Virus record (IMG/VR): IMGVR_UViG_3300045963_000153
Coordinates: 64,001 to 85,679 of that record
Reading direction: 5' to 3' (one strand)
Source: a virus
Taxonomy: Duplodnaviria; Heunggongvirae; Uroviricota; Caudoviricetes
DNA length: 21,679 nt
Shown piece by piece: positions 1-8,633 of the stretch (its first letter is position 1; each line of letters opens with the position of its first letter). The notes beneath the pieces were generated by a model. The model searched no databases and was not told the DNA's origin. It was given only the letters and a program-made list of their open reading frames with translations. A program made the position numbers and the translations under genes.

Positions 1-32
1 CAATTAATAACAATAATATTTCTCCGAGGTAA
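1..32 (+). CDS. Probable 3' end of an upstream gene (..INNNNISPR*), truncated by the window edge
   Basis: Open frame from base 3 to TAA at 30-32. The stop overlaps the GAGGT Shine-Dalgarno of the next gene. Only 10 codons are visible. Confidence 0.3.
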   Translation, partial: INNNNISPR

Positions 33-38
33 TAAATT

Positions 39-1145
39 ATGAGTGGTAGTAGAGTAGCAAGTGGTGCAGTAAGTGGAGCAGCAAGTGGAGCCGCTATTGG
101 TGGTCCTTGGGGTGCTTTAATTGGTGGAGCTATTGGTGGTATTGGTGGAGCTTTATCTCCAGACGATGTTCCAACAGATCAATTTAATAATATTGCAATT
201 CCAGATTTAGTAGATGCAGCTAAAAAAATTCAGTATCAAAAATACATGGCCGGAGATACTTATAATCCTCAATTGCTATCAAGACAGGCAGTTGAAGATA
301 GTTTAGTTAATCAAATTAATGAAAATCCTGAAAATAAACAAAAACAACAAGTAGCATTAAATGCATATCAACAATTAATGAATAATGGTCTTGGTGGTTC
401 TCAAGGTAAACTTGATTTAGAAACTGCCAGAACTCTTGCCGCTCAAGATGCTACAGCTCGTAACGCATCTTTAATGCAAAAATTTCAACAAATGGGGCAA
501 GGGCCAGCTTCTGGTGCATCTCTTGCCGCTCAATTAGCTTCAAATCAAAATTCAAATCAGAACGAATATATGCAAAATCTTCAAGCATCTGCAAATGCAG
601 CAAATGCTCGCCAAGGCGCAATTGGTCAATATGCACAATTAGCTTCGGGTATTCGTGGTCAAGATTATAATACACTTGCAGCAAATACCGCAGCAAATAA
701 TCAAGCTCGTATGTTTGATATTGCAAATAGTACTCAAAGAGATCAAGGAAATAAAAATATGATTAATATGGGTAATATGGCAAATATTAATCGTAGTTGG
801 CAACAACAAGATAGAAATGTTGATCAATATAATAATCAACAAAATCTTGGATTTAATGCATTACAACAAAATTTTGCAAATCATATGGGATTAGCTAATG
901 CACAATATGGTGCAGCTAATAATCAAAACCAAGCAAATGCTCAAAACTTCTCCAATATTACTGGAGGAATTACTCAAGCTGCTGGCGCATATGGACAATA
1001 TCAAAATAATCAAGACCAATTAGCGGCATATAATAATAGAACAAATGCAATAACTAGTGGCAATCAAATAAATGCATTAAATAACATGAGAATAAGAAAT
1101 AATAATCTTCCAAATATGAATGATAATACGGAAGCTGTTGTTTAA
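39..1145 (+). CDS. Internal virion / DNA-ejection (pilot-like) protein, 368 aa
   Basis: SD GAGGT 8 nt upstream. N-terminal glycine-zipper hydrophobic segment (GAVSGAASGAAIGGPWGALIGGAIGGIGGAL) followed by a very Asn/Gln/Ala-rich helical body. First of three large co-oriented genes, as in podovirus ejection-protein cassettes. Confidence 0.7.
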   Translation: MSGSRVASGAVSGAASGAAIGGPWGALIGGAIGGIGGALSPDDVPTDQFNNIAIPDLVDAAKKIQYQKYMAGDTYNPQLLSRQAVEDSLVNQINENPENKQKQQVALNAYQQLMNNGLGGSQGKLDLETARTLAAQDATARNASLMQKFQQMGQGPASGASLAAQLASNQNSNQNEYMQNLQASANAANARQGAIGQYAQLASGIRGQDYNTLAANTAANNQARMFDIANSTQRDQGNKNMINMGNMANINRSWQQQDRNVDQYNNQQNLGFNALQQNFANHMGLANAQYGAANNQNQANAQNFSNITGGITQAAGAYGQYQNNQDQLAAYNNRTNAITSGNQINALNNMRIRNNNLPNMNDNTEAVV

Positions 1146-1162
1146 TTTAAGGATAAAATAAA

Positions 1163-4100
1163 ATGGCAAAAACACTTTACGATTACTTTAGTGGTTTACA
1201 AGATTTGGGAATGCCTGACGAAGATATTGTTAGTCATGCTCATGATACATTAAGTAATATTGTTGGAAAACAAGTTCCAACAGAAGATCTTCCTTTATCT
1301 TCTAGTGATTTGTCTGGTGTTTCTTCGCCAGAATTGGATTTAGCAAAAGCATCTGCAAATAGATTAAATAAATACGGTGATAATAAATCATTTAATAATA
1401 TTTTTAATAAAAATGATTATTCTTCTCCTGCAGATATTTATAATAAAATTAAAGAAAATTCTACTTCTAAACTTCCAGAAGAAGTTCTTTCTGATGAAGT
1501 ACAACGTTATGCTGCTGGTAGAAATACAAAAAGTCCAATTATTCCAGCAAAAATGGATGCAAAAGTTAAATCATATATTCCAGAAGAATTAGATGCATTA
1601 AAATCTAAAATTGCAGAACTTGGAAATAAAACAAAAGAAGCTGTAAAACCAATTATTGATACAGCAGCAGAAGATGCTAAATATGCTAATGTTAAAGATA
1701 TTGAAGATCCTTTAACTGCAGCAATGAATAAAATTAAAGGTCTTAGTGGTGATACTTTAGAATCATTTAAATCTGGTCTTGGTAAAGGCGCAAATGCTCT
1801 TGGTGAATATTTACCTTCCGTTGGTAGTGCTTATAGTTATGCTAAAAGTACTCAGGATGCGAATAATCTTTTAAATCCAGAACAAGACGAAACATGGCAA
1901 GAAAAACTTGGACATGGTATGAGAATGGTTGGTCATGCTGGTGAAGCTGCTTCTGTTCCCATTGCTGTTGGAACTGGTGGATTTGGTACTCCTGCGGCTT
2001 TGGTTTCTGGTATTGGTGGTGGCGCATTAGATCTTGGTGGTAGTTTATTAGAATCATATGGAAAAAATCAAAGACCACAACAAATTGATAAAAAAGTTTA
2101 TAATGGTCCAGTTGGTCCTTTTCCAAAAAATCCAAATGATATAGATGTATTGGAAGGTAGATCTTTAGAAGATTTAAAAAAAGAATTGGCTCCTAATCGT
2201 GGTCCTGCTGGTGAATTTGATAAAGAAGATGCAATACCAAAACCATCTCCAGCAGAATTTAAATCCGCTTTAATTGATGCTGCAAAAAAACACGGTAGAG
2301 ATCCTGCTGAAGTTTTATCACACGCATTTGTAGAATCTTCTTTAGATCCAACAGCAGAAAATAATGGTGCATATGGCCCATTTCAAGTTAGAAAAGCGGC
2401 TTTTAGTGATTTACAAAAAGCATATCCAAAGAAATATGGAAACCTATCTGTAGAAGATCTTAGTAAACCAGAAAATATGAAAACTGGAATTGAAGCTGGT
2501 ATGGATTATTTTGATTTATTAAAAAAACAAAATCCAAACCTTCAACATGATGAAATTTTAAGAGCATTTAATCAGGGTGCTCGTGGTAAAGATAAAGATG
2601 ATGCTTTTGATTATTTAGATAAAGTTCAAGGAAATATTCCTAAATTTCAAAAACTTTTAGCAAGTAATCCTAATCGTGGTCCTGCTAGTACAGAAAATCC
2701 AAATCAAATTACGGATGATCAAATTGAAGAACTAAAAAAACAAGGAAAAATTCCTAATATAGAAGAAAATGAATATGCAGATAATGAATCTTCACAAAAT
2801 TCTGAAGAATCTGATGAAGAGGCACAACCAAATAAAGAATTGAGCAAGAATGAAAAAATATTGGCCTTTCTTCGTTCTGGGAATGATGTCAGCAATTTGG
2901 GTGATAAAGCACCATTGCGTTTTGGTCCTTCCGCTAATCCAGTCGAATATGCTAAAAATCAAGATGACATGGGTAAATTGATGGCATTAAAATCTGCATA
3001 TGATAAATCGCAATTACCACAAAAAGAACCAGCTATTCCTGTAGATGCTGAACAAGAAATTCAAAAACAATCTCAACCAGATATTCTTCAAAAATCAATT
3101 GACGGACAAGTACAGCAAGCTAAAAGTAATCGTGAAGATTATTTAAATGCTATGAAAGCTTCAAATAATAATAAATTTATTTCTGGTCTTCTTCGTGGTG
3201 CTCAACAAGCATCTACTGGTTTAGCTGGTATGGGTTCACATGCTGTTGCTAAAAATGAATCAGATAAAGCACTAGCCGATTTACAAGAATCTTCAAATGC
3301 TCCAATTGATCAACTTAAAAACAAAATGGCGTTTGATAAAGAAGATCCGGCTAATCCACAAGCTGAAAATTTAAGACAAATTATTAAAGCTACTTTTGAA
3401 AAAGCAGGTTTAAAATCTCCAGATTTATCTGCACTTGGATATAATGATATTGTTAAAAATAATTCTCTATTTGAAAAAATTGCGGATAGAGAACTTGATC
3501 GACAATATAAAACTAGTTTATTAAGTCAGCAAATGGCTTTAAAACAAAAAGCTGCTCAAGATAAATCTGCAGATAAAGAAGATTATACAAAACAAAACCA
3601 AGTTAAAGATTTAGCTGGATTTGCTAATGGATCTTCTCGTGGTGCTCAAGAAATTAGAACTTTACATCAACAACAAAACCGTATTAATAATTTATATGGT
3701 ACTTTTAATTTACCAGAAGGATTTAATTTAGCAGAAGCAGCTAAAGATCCAAAAGCTATGCAAATATTAAAAGATCAATTAGCAAATAAGAATATGGCTC
3801 AAGTTAATGAAGCTGCAATTCAGATTTCTGGGGTTTTAAATCAAGGAAAACCTTCAGATAAAACAGTTGGCATGTTGGCACAACAAAATTTACAAAGTAC
3901 TTTAGCTAAATATAAAGGTATGTTATTTAGTGATTTACCACCAGCAAATCAACAAGATATTATTTTAAATGTAATCAGAATGGCAAATACTGCAAATAAA
4001 ATTACAGATAATCAATTAAGACAACGTATTGAAGATCAAGCTGGTTCTTTAAATATCGATCCAGAAAAACATCCTAAAGCGTATGCTGATTATCAATCTG

Positions 4101-4249
4101 TGGCAAATCAGTATGGATTAAGAAGTAATCCAAAAGAACTTCAAATTATTAAAGCTCTTATGAGTGGTGTTAAAGGTAAAAAATATACAAGGGAACAAGC
4201 TGAACAAATTTTAGATAATGGTTTAGCTAGTGGTGATATCCAACTATGA
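1163..4249 (+). CDS. Large internal virion protein with a lytic transglycosylase (SLT) domain, 1028 aa
   Basis: SLT motifs at about 2250-2630: catalytic Glu in AFVESS, GPFQ (GLMQ-like) and AFNQG (AYNAG-like). Gly/Ala-rich hydrophobic stretch before the domain; the rest looks helical or low-complexity. SD AAGGA upstream. Confidence 0.85.
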   Translation: MAKTLYDYFSGLQDLGMPDEDIVSHAHDTLSNIVGKQVPTEDLPLSSSDLSGVSSPELDLAKASANRLNKYGDNKSFNNIFNKNDYSSPADIYNKIKENSTSKLPEEVLSDEVQRYAAGRNTKSPIIPAKMDAKVKSYIPEELDALKSKIAELGNKTKEAVKPIIDTAAEDAKYANVKDIEDPLTAAMNKIKGLSGDTLESFKSGLGKGANALGEYLPSVGSAYSYAKSTQDANNLLNPEQDETWQEKLGHGMRMVGHAGEAASVPIAVGTGGFGTPAALVSGIGGGALDLGGSLLESYGKNQRPQQIDKKVYNGPVGPFPKNPNDIDVLEGRSLEDLKKELAPNRGPAGEFDKEDAIPKPSPAEFKSALIDAAKKHGRDPAEVLSHAFVESSLDPTAENNGAYGPFQVRKAAFSDLQKAYPKKYGNLSVEDLSKPENMKTGIEAGMDYFDLLKKQNPNLQHDEILRAFNQGARGKDKDDAFDYLDKVQGNIPKFQKLLASNPNRGPASTENPNQITDDQIEELKKQGKIPNIEENEYADNESSQNSEESDEEAQPNKELSKNEKILAFLRSGNDVSNLGDKAPLRFGPSANPVEYAKNQDDMGKLMALKSAYDKSQLPQKEPAIPVDAEQEIQKQSQPDILQKSIDGQVQQAKSNREDYLNAMKASNNNKFISGLLRGAQQASTGLAGMGSHAVAKNESDKALADLQESSNAPIDQLKNKMAFDKEDPANPQAENLRQIIKATFEKAGLKSPDLSALGYNDIVKNNSLFEKIADRELDRQYKTSLLSQQMALKQKAAQDKSADKEDYTKQNQVKDLAGFANGSSRGAQEIRTLHQQQNRINNLYGTFNLPEGFNLAEAAKDPKAMQILKDQLANKNMAQVNEAAIQISGVLNQGKPSDKTVGMLAQQNLQSTLAKYKGMLFSDLPPANQQDIILNVIRMANTANKITDNQLRQRIEDQAGSLNIDPEKHPKAYADYQSVANQYGLRSNPKELQIIKALMSGVKGKKYTREQAEQILDNGLASGDIQL
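2191..2686 (+). repeat. Exact 19-bp direct repeat TCCTAATCGTGGTCCTGCT at 2191-2209 and 2668-2686, bracketing the SLT domain
   Basis: Read directly from the sequence. The copies are 477 bp (159 codons) apart and both encode PNRGPA in frame. Confidence 0.95.
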
Positions 4250-6015
4250 AAGAACTAGAACATTTATCATCTAAAGATTTAGACCGTTTATTAAATTCTG
4301 GAAAAGAAGAAGCTCCAAGTATTGCACCAGTTGTAATACCCGAGCATTCTGAATTACCAACACCAGAACAAAAAGATCCCGGTCTTGTTCATGATCTTTT
4401 ATTAAATGCTGGTCAGGGTGCTACTCTTGGATTTGGTGATGAAATTTTAGGTGGAGTACAGGCTCTTGCTAATACTGCCAGTGGTAAATCTAAATTAGAA
4501 AATTTACTTGATACATATCGTAAATACCAAAAAGAAAATGAGAAGGGTGTTGAAGAATCTTTACAAAGACATCCAGTATTAGGAACTGGAGCACAATTAG
4601 CTGGTGGATTACTTATTCCCGGAGCAGGAACGCTTGGAGCAATTGGTGAAGGTGCTACAGCATTACAAGCAGCAAAAACTGGTGCCAAAGCTGGAGCTGT
4701 AATGGGCGGTCTAGCTGGTATTGGTGGATCTAAAGAAACTCTTGGTAATATTCCCGGTTTATTAGAAGAGGGAGCTAAAGGTGCTGGTATTGGTGCTTTA
4801 ACTGGTGGAGCATTAAGTGGTATTTCTAGAGGTATTGGAAATTATGCAAGCAAAGTTGTTTCTGATAGTCCAGAATTAGAAAGAGATGTTACCGCTTTTA
4901 GAGAAGGATTAGCTGGAAATAAAACTTCAGGAAAAACTGGACCACAAACAATATTAGCTGATATTCGTGATAAAGTTAATAGTGCATCAGAACAAATTTT
5001 AAAACCAGCAAAACAAGCAGCAGAAGAGTATGGTAAAGCTGTTGAATCTGCTACAGGAACATTAACTGGAGATAATCTAGATAATTTTACAAATACTTTA
5101 ATTGATAATATTGATGTATTGCCAACAAAATTTAAACCAAAACAAACTGAAGATGGTGAATTTATTGTTAGGGGATTACCAGAATTAGAAAATATTCTTA
5201 ATGGTAACGGAACTGCTCGTGATTTAAAAACTCTTCAAATTAAATTGAGAGATCAACTTGGTAGCATGGAATATGGTGATGCCAATAAAGGTAAGTTAAA
5301 ACAAATTTTAGAAGAAACTTCTAACGGATTACAATCATTAATTCCACCAGAAAAACTTGCAGAATTAAATCAAAAATATTCTGGAGCATTTTCTATCCCA
5401 GAACAATTGTTAGGTAAAAAATTATCAGGAATTAGTTATAATGATAGAGCACCCGAAGTTCAAGATGCTTTAAATCAACTTGTTGGTAAAGTTGGATATG
5501 GTAACGTTCCAGGTCACGAAGCAAGACAAACACTTAATGATATTATTAAAACTGGTGTAGATTTTGCAAATAAAAATCCAGAATATCAATTTGATTCTAA
5601 AGGTGTAAATGATTTAATTAGTCAAGCTGGTAGAAAAATGGCAGCAATTGGGGCAAGTAGTGGTTTATCAGGTAAACTTGGTGCTGAGACTGGTAAAGTC
5701 AATCCATTTGAAGCAGTAGCAAATCTATCTAGTAATCGTGCTGGTTTTGCAAATACTATAGGTAGAATTGCATCAAGTCCAGTTAGTCCATACGGTATGG
5801 CTACGGCGGCAGAACCGACTTTACTTTCTGCAGCAAATACATTAAAAAATGTTCCGGGATTAAGTAAACTTGGACAAACTTTGGAAGATTCAATTAATAA
5901 CAAGAGCAGCGTTGCTAAAAATGCTGCAATGATGGCAATTATGCAAAATCCTGCAGCAAGAAAAGCTTTGGGAGTAAATATTAAAGAACAAGAACACGAA
6001 GAAGGAACTAAATGA
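4246..6015 (+). CDS. Internal virion / ejection protein, 589 aa
   Basis: ATGA overlap with the previous gene. GQGATLGFGDEI motif, which resembles a motif common in phage ejection proteins, plus long glycine-zipper segments (GAKAGAVMGGLAGIGG, GAGIGALTGGALSG). Confidence 0.7.
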   Translation: MKELEHLSSKDLDRLLNSGKEEAPSIAPVVIPEHSELPTPEQKDPGLVHDLLLNAGQGATLGFGDEILGGVQALANTASGKSKLENLLDTYRKYQKENEKGVEESLQRHPVLGTGAQLAGGLLIPGAGTLGAIGEGATALQAAKTGAKAGAVMGGLAGIGGSKETLGNIPGLLEEGAKGAGIGALTGGALSGISRGIGNYASKVVSDSPELERDVTAFREGLAGNKTSGKTGPQTILADIRDKVNSASEQILKPAKQAAEEYGKAVESATGTLTGDNLDNFTNTLIDNIDVLPTKFKPKQTEDGEFIVRGLPELENILNGNGTARDLKTLQIKLRDQLGSMEYGDANKGKLKQILEETSNGLQSLIPPEKLAELNQKYSGAFSIPEQLLGKKLSGISYNDRAPEVQDALNQLVGKVGYGNVPGHEARQTLNDIIKTGVDFANKNPEYQFDSKGVNDLISQAGRKMAAIGASSGLSGKLGAETGKVNPFEAVANLSSNRAGFANTIGRIASSPVSPYGMATAAEPTLLSAANTLKNVPGLSKLGQTLEDSINNKSSVAKNAAMMAIMQNPAARKALGVNIKEQEHEEGTK

Positions 6016-6016
6016 G

Positions 6017-6286
6017 ATGAAAAACACGGAAGAGTTTTTTGTAAAACTAGATAATAAAATTGATAGGCTCGAAGTATCATTAAGTGAAAACAATAAAACT
6101 CTTGCCGTATATAATACTCATCTTGAAAATCATATTAAAAGAACAGAAATCGCAGAACTGCGTTTGAATAAATTTGAAGATGAAGTGAAGCCAGCATTAG
6201 ATGCGTATAAATTTGTTGCATTTTTTTGTAAAGCGATTATTCCTGTTTGTGCTATTATTGGCATTTATCTTAGATTTAAAAATTAA
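6017..6286 (+). CDS. Small membrane protein, XhlA/holin-like, 89 aa
   Basis: N-terminal coiled coil, one C-terminal hydrophobic helix (FVAFFCKAIIPVCAIIGIYL) and a basic tail, at the end of the virion operon. Confidence 0.55.
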   Translation: MKNTEEFFVKLDNKIDRLEVSLSENNKTLAVYNTHLENHIKRTEIAELRLNKFEDEVKPALDAYKFVAFFCKAIIPVCAIIGIYLRFKN

Positions 6287-6721
6287 TTATTTTTTGACAA
6301 TATTACCTTTTTTATTAAGATAACCAAGCTGTTTTAAAGTATCTAAATTTTCAAATTTAATAATATTATCATCTTCAATTGTCTTCCCCATTGCATCTTC
6401 TAATGTAGAATCATCGTTCATTGCTTTTTTTCTAGTCAGAATATCTCTATTCCTTGCATTATTTCTATCACCACAATCTTTTTTTAATGCTGGTGTATTA
6501 TGTAAATTGTTACTTAAATCTTCTCGATCTAGTGTATCGTGTACATACTCAGATGTAAATTTATTAAGCCACTCTAATTCTTCATATGTAAGTTTATGGA
6601 GATAATCAAAATCTAATAAATCTGTTCTAGTCTTTAAATTAACTCCCGGATTTAAAGCTGAGAATTTTGTTAATTCTCTCTTATTCGGGGTTTTCTTCTT
6701 TTTTCTTTTTGCTTCGTGCAT
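6287..6721 (-). CDS. Hypothetical phage protein, 144 aa
   Basis: Last gene of the - strand operon. Basic N-terminus and a helical-looking core (DFDYLHKLTYEELEWLNKFTSEYV). No function recognised. Confidence 0.7.
   Translation of the reverse strand: MHEAKRKKKKTPNKRELTKFSALNPGVNLKTRTDLLDFDYLHKLTYEELEWLNKFTSEYVHDTLDREDLSNNLHNTPALKKDCGDRNNARNRDILTRKKAMNDDSTLEDAMGKTIEDDNIIKFENLDTLKQLGYLNKKGNIVKK
6294..6321 (+). promoter_or_regulatory. Possible sigma70-type promoter firing antisense into the - strand operon
   Basis: TTGACA (6294-6299), 16-nt spacer, TAAGAT (6316-6321). Could be chance in AT-rich DNA. Confidence 0.3.
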
Positions 6722-7358
6722 TATTAAATTCCTCGTTGTTTAATAGCATCATGCTACCAACATTATTAAAATACTTCGCAACACTTTCATCTACACAATA
6801 ATATTCTAATTCTTTGTCGTACTTAAATACATTTTTATGATCGATAAATAAAACCATTAATTGATCAAAAATTACATAAGAACAACTAGACTTTGATTTA
6901 GAATAACACCATTTGTCATATAGATTATATAAGTAAACTTTTTTTAAATTGTATTTACCAGACTTAATATTAAAAGCATCCATAAACGCTTTGATATGTT
7001 TTTGATAATGTTTACTTTTTGTTGGATTTTTAGATTTTTTAGTATTATCTGCAATCAATTTAATAATTATTGCTAGATTTTTATTGATATAAAATTTATT
7101 ATATTTACAAGGTAGGAATCTTTTAATCCTTGTAGTAACATTTTTATCGGTAAGTTTTAAACTACTTTTGTTTTTATAAGACCATTTACGAAATAGTTGT
7201 GTTAAAGCACTTGCTGTTATTTCATTATCGCCAGATTCAAGATTAAAATTAACAAGGAATGACATTACAGGATCTTCAACTTCAATAGTTTCAGAAGATA
7301 TGCCACTTATTGCATCTAATAACTCTGCTTCCGAATAAAGTTGCCGTTTATTATTCAT
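6681..7358 (-). CDS. Protein with two tandem repeats resembling the C-terminal winged-helix domain of D5/P4-type primase-helicases, 225 aa
   Basis: Internal duplication in exact register: F34-W59 FLVNFNLESGDNEITASALTQLFRKW and F125-W150 FMDAFNIKSGKYNLKKVYLYNLYDKW. Confidence 0.55.
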   Translation of the reverse strand: MNNKRQLYSEAELLDAISGISSETIEVEDPVMSFLVNFNLESGDNEITASALTQLFRKWSYKNKSSLKLTDKNVTTRIKRFLPCKYNKFYINKNLAIIIKLIADNTKKSKNPTKSKHYQKHIKAFMDAFNIKSGKYNLKKVYLYNLYDKWCYSKSKSSCSYVIFDQLMVLFIDHKNVFKYDKELEYYCVDESVAKYFNNVGSMMLLNNEEFNNARSKKKKEENPE

Positions 7359-7860
7359 ATATAATTTTATTTGGAAAATTTAAACAAGCAAATTCCTTAA
7401 AAAATTCAAATGCAGCTTTATCATAAGCAATTGCCGCTTCTTCTGGTGTATTAAAATAACCCAAATGTTTGTTTATTAATCTAGCTTGCCAAGGTTTTTT
7501 TCTGTGCGTATCATTTTTTTTTCTAACACCTTTATACCCACTACTATTATCTTTTCTTTTTTTACTATTTGCGCTATTTTCCGAAGTAGTTGCTTCTCTT
7601 AAATTATTCCATTTGTTATTAGATCTGTTTCTATCTTTATGATCTACAGTTTTAGGCATTGATCCAGTCATATATAAAAAAGCCAATATATGTGCTGGAT
7701 ATCTTTTACTATCAATTGATATGGTAATATAATCACGGTCAGTTTTATAACTACAAATTTTTCCGGTATTTCTTCGTGTAAAAATACCAGTATTAGAATT
7801 ATAATCAATAACTTGTTTTAATCTTTTTTGTGTTAAATCATTTTTAGAATTGTATTCCAA
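7351..7860 (-). CDS. HNH homing endonuclease with a C-terminal AP2 DNA-binding domain
   Basis: HNH core (AHILAFLYMTG..VDHKDRNRSNNKWNNLRE) and AP2 domain (SGYKGV..WQARL..HLGYFNTPEEAAIAYDKAA). Start moved from 7902 to the TTG at 7860, which has GGAGG 5 nt upstream; the start is uncertain. Confidence 0.9.
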   Translation of the reverse strand: MEYNSKNDLTQKRLKQVIDYNSNTGIFTRRNTGKICSYKTDRDYITISIDSKRYPAHILAFLYMTGSMPKTVDHKDRNRSNNKWNNLREATTSENSANSKKRKDNSSGYKGVRKKNDTHRKKPWQARLINKHLGYFNTPEEAAIAYDKAAFEFFKEFACLNFPNKIIYE

Positions 7861-8287
7861 ACGAACCTCCAATTGTTTTATTGTTAAGCCCCCAAACTCC
7901 AAAAATTATTGGACCAATTAAATTTCTACTAATACTTGCACCATAAACTAACGTTGTAGTTCCTGCATCAATTCCTGCAAGTAAACTAATATTAAGGCTT
8001 GGTGTCATTGCAATTGTAACTTTACTACTATCTTGTTTAATATCAGTTTTAGTGGTAGAATTATCTTTTGTGCTAATATCCGTTTGCTTTGTAATAATCT
8101 TAGTACCATCTTTTTTAATAACAATGGTGGTTTTAGAATGATCTTCAGTTTGTTTTGTTTCTACTTTAATTTCTTTTTCAACAGTTACAATTTTAGTTTC
8201 TACACGAGCTGGTGTCATATATCGACCAGTAGCATAGGCAGCCCCAAGCAATGTAATACCTAGTAGTATATATAGTTTACTATTCAT
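7844..8287 (-). CDS. Envelope protein with an N-terminal signal/TM helix and a C-terminal outer-membrane-type beta segment (spanin-like candidate), 147 aa
   Basis: Hydrophobic N-terminus ending AYA, Thr/Lys-rich stalk, about four amphipathic C-terminal strands ending GGSFGIQF with a terminal Phe. No Cys, so no lipobox. Confidence 0.55.
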   Translation of the reverse strand: MNSKLYILLGITLLGAAYATGRYMTPARVETKIVTVEKEIKVETKQTEDHSKTTIVIKKDGTKIITKQTDISTKDNSTTKTDIKQDSSKVTIAMTPSLNISLLAGIDAGTTTLVYGASISRNLIGPIIFGVWGLNNKTIGGSFGIQF

Positions 8288-8633
8288 CTTGTTTCTTTTC
8301 CTTTAACTTTGCTCGGCTTTCTTTTCTTGAACTTGCCTCTGCTGAAGTTTTAGTACTATGACATCTATCACATAATGCCATTAAATTTTCTTGTGGGCAA
8401 AAAAGTCTTTCAACAAACGAATCATATCCTTGCCAACCAAGGACAGTATCAATAACTGGAACTGTATGATCTACAGAAACTTTTTCTGATAATCTTGAAC
8501 ATTTTTTACAACGATAAAAGTCACCTTCCTTGGCTTCTTTTATTGCCAATGCCCTTGTCCCTTGATAAAGCCACAAACGCCTCAATGCACTTATGATTTT
8601 AGATTTGGGGATAAGTGGTTTTTTCTTAGGCAT
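8280..8633 (-). CDS. Zinc-binding HNH endonuclease, 117 aa
   Basis: CKKC..VDHTVP..NLMALCDRCHSTKT. Start moved from 8684 to the ATG at 8633 (MPKKK), which overlaps the upstream stop by 8 nt. Confidence 0.85.
   Translation of the reverse strand: MPKKKPLIPKSKIISALRRLWLYQGTRALAIKEAKEGDFYRCKKCSRLSEKVSVDHTVPVIDTVLGWQGYDSFVERLFCPQENLMALCDRCHSTKTSAEASSRKESRAKLKEKKQDE

Noticed and set aside
451-6093. Opposite-strand and alternate-frame ORFs (451-726, 639-842, 1377-1592, 1842-2135, 4413-4688, 5622-6080, 5890-6093)
   Set aside because: Shadows of long biased genes, with no SD, no motifs and unnatural composition.
7830-7845. Out-of-frame ATG just before LTQKRL, suggesting a frameshifted HNH-AP2 start
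   Set aside because: An in-frame TTG at 7860 with GGAGG 5 nt upstream explains translation without invoking a pseudogene.
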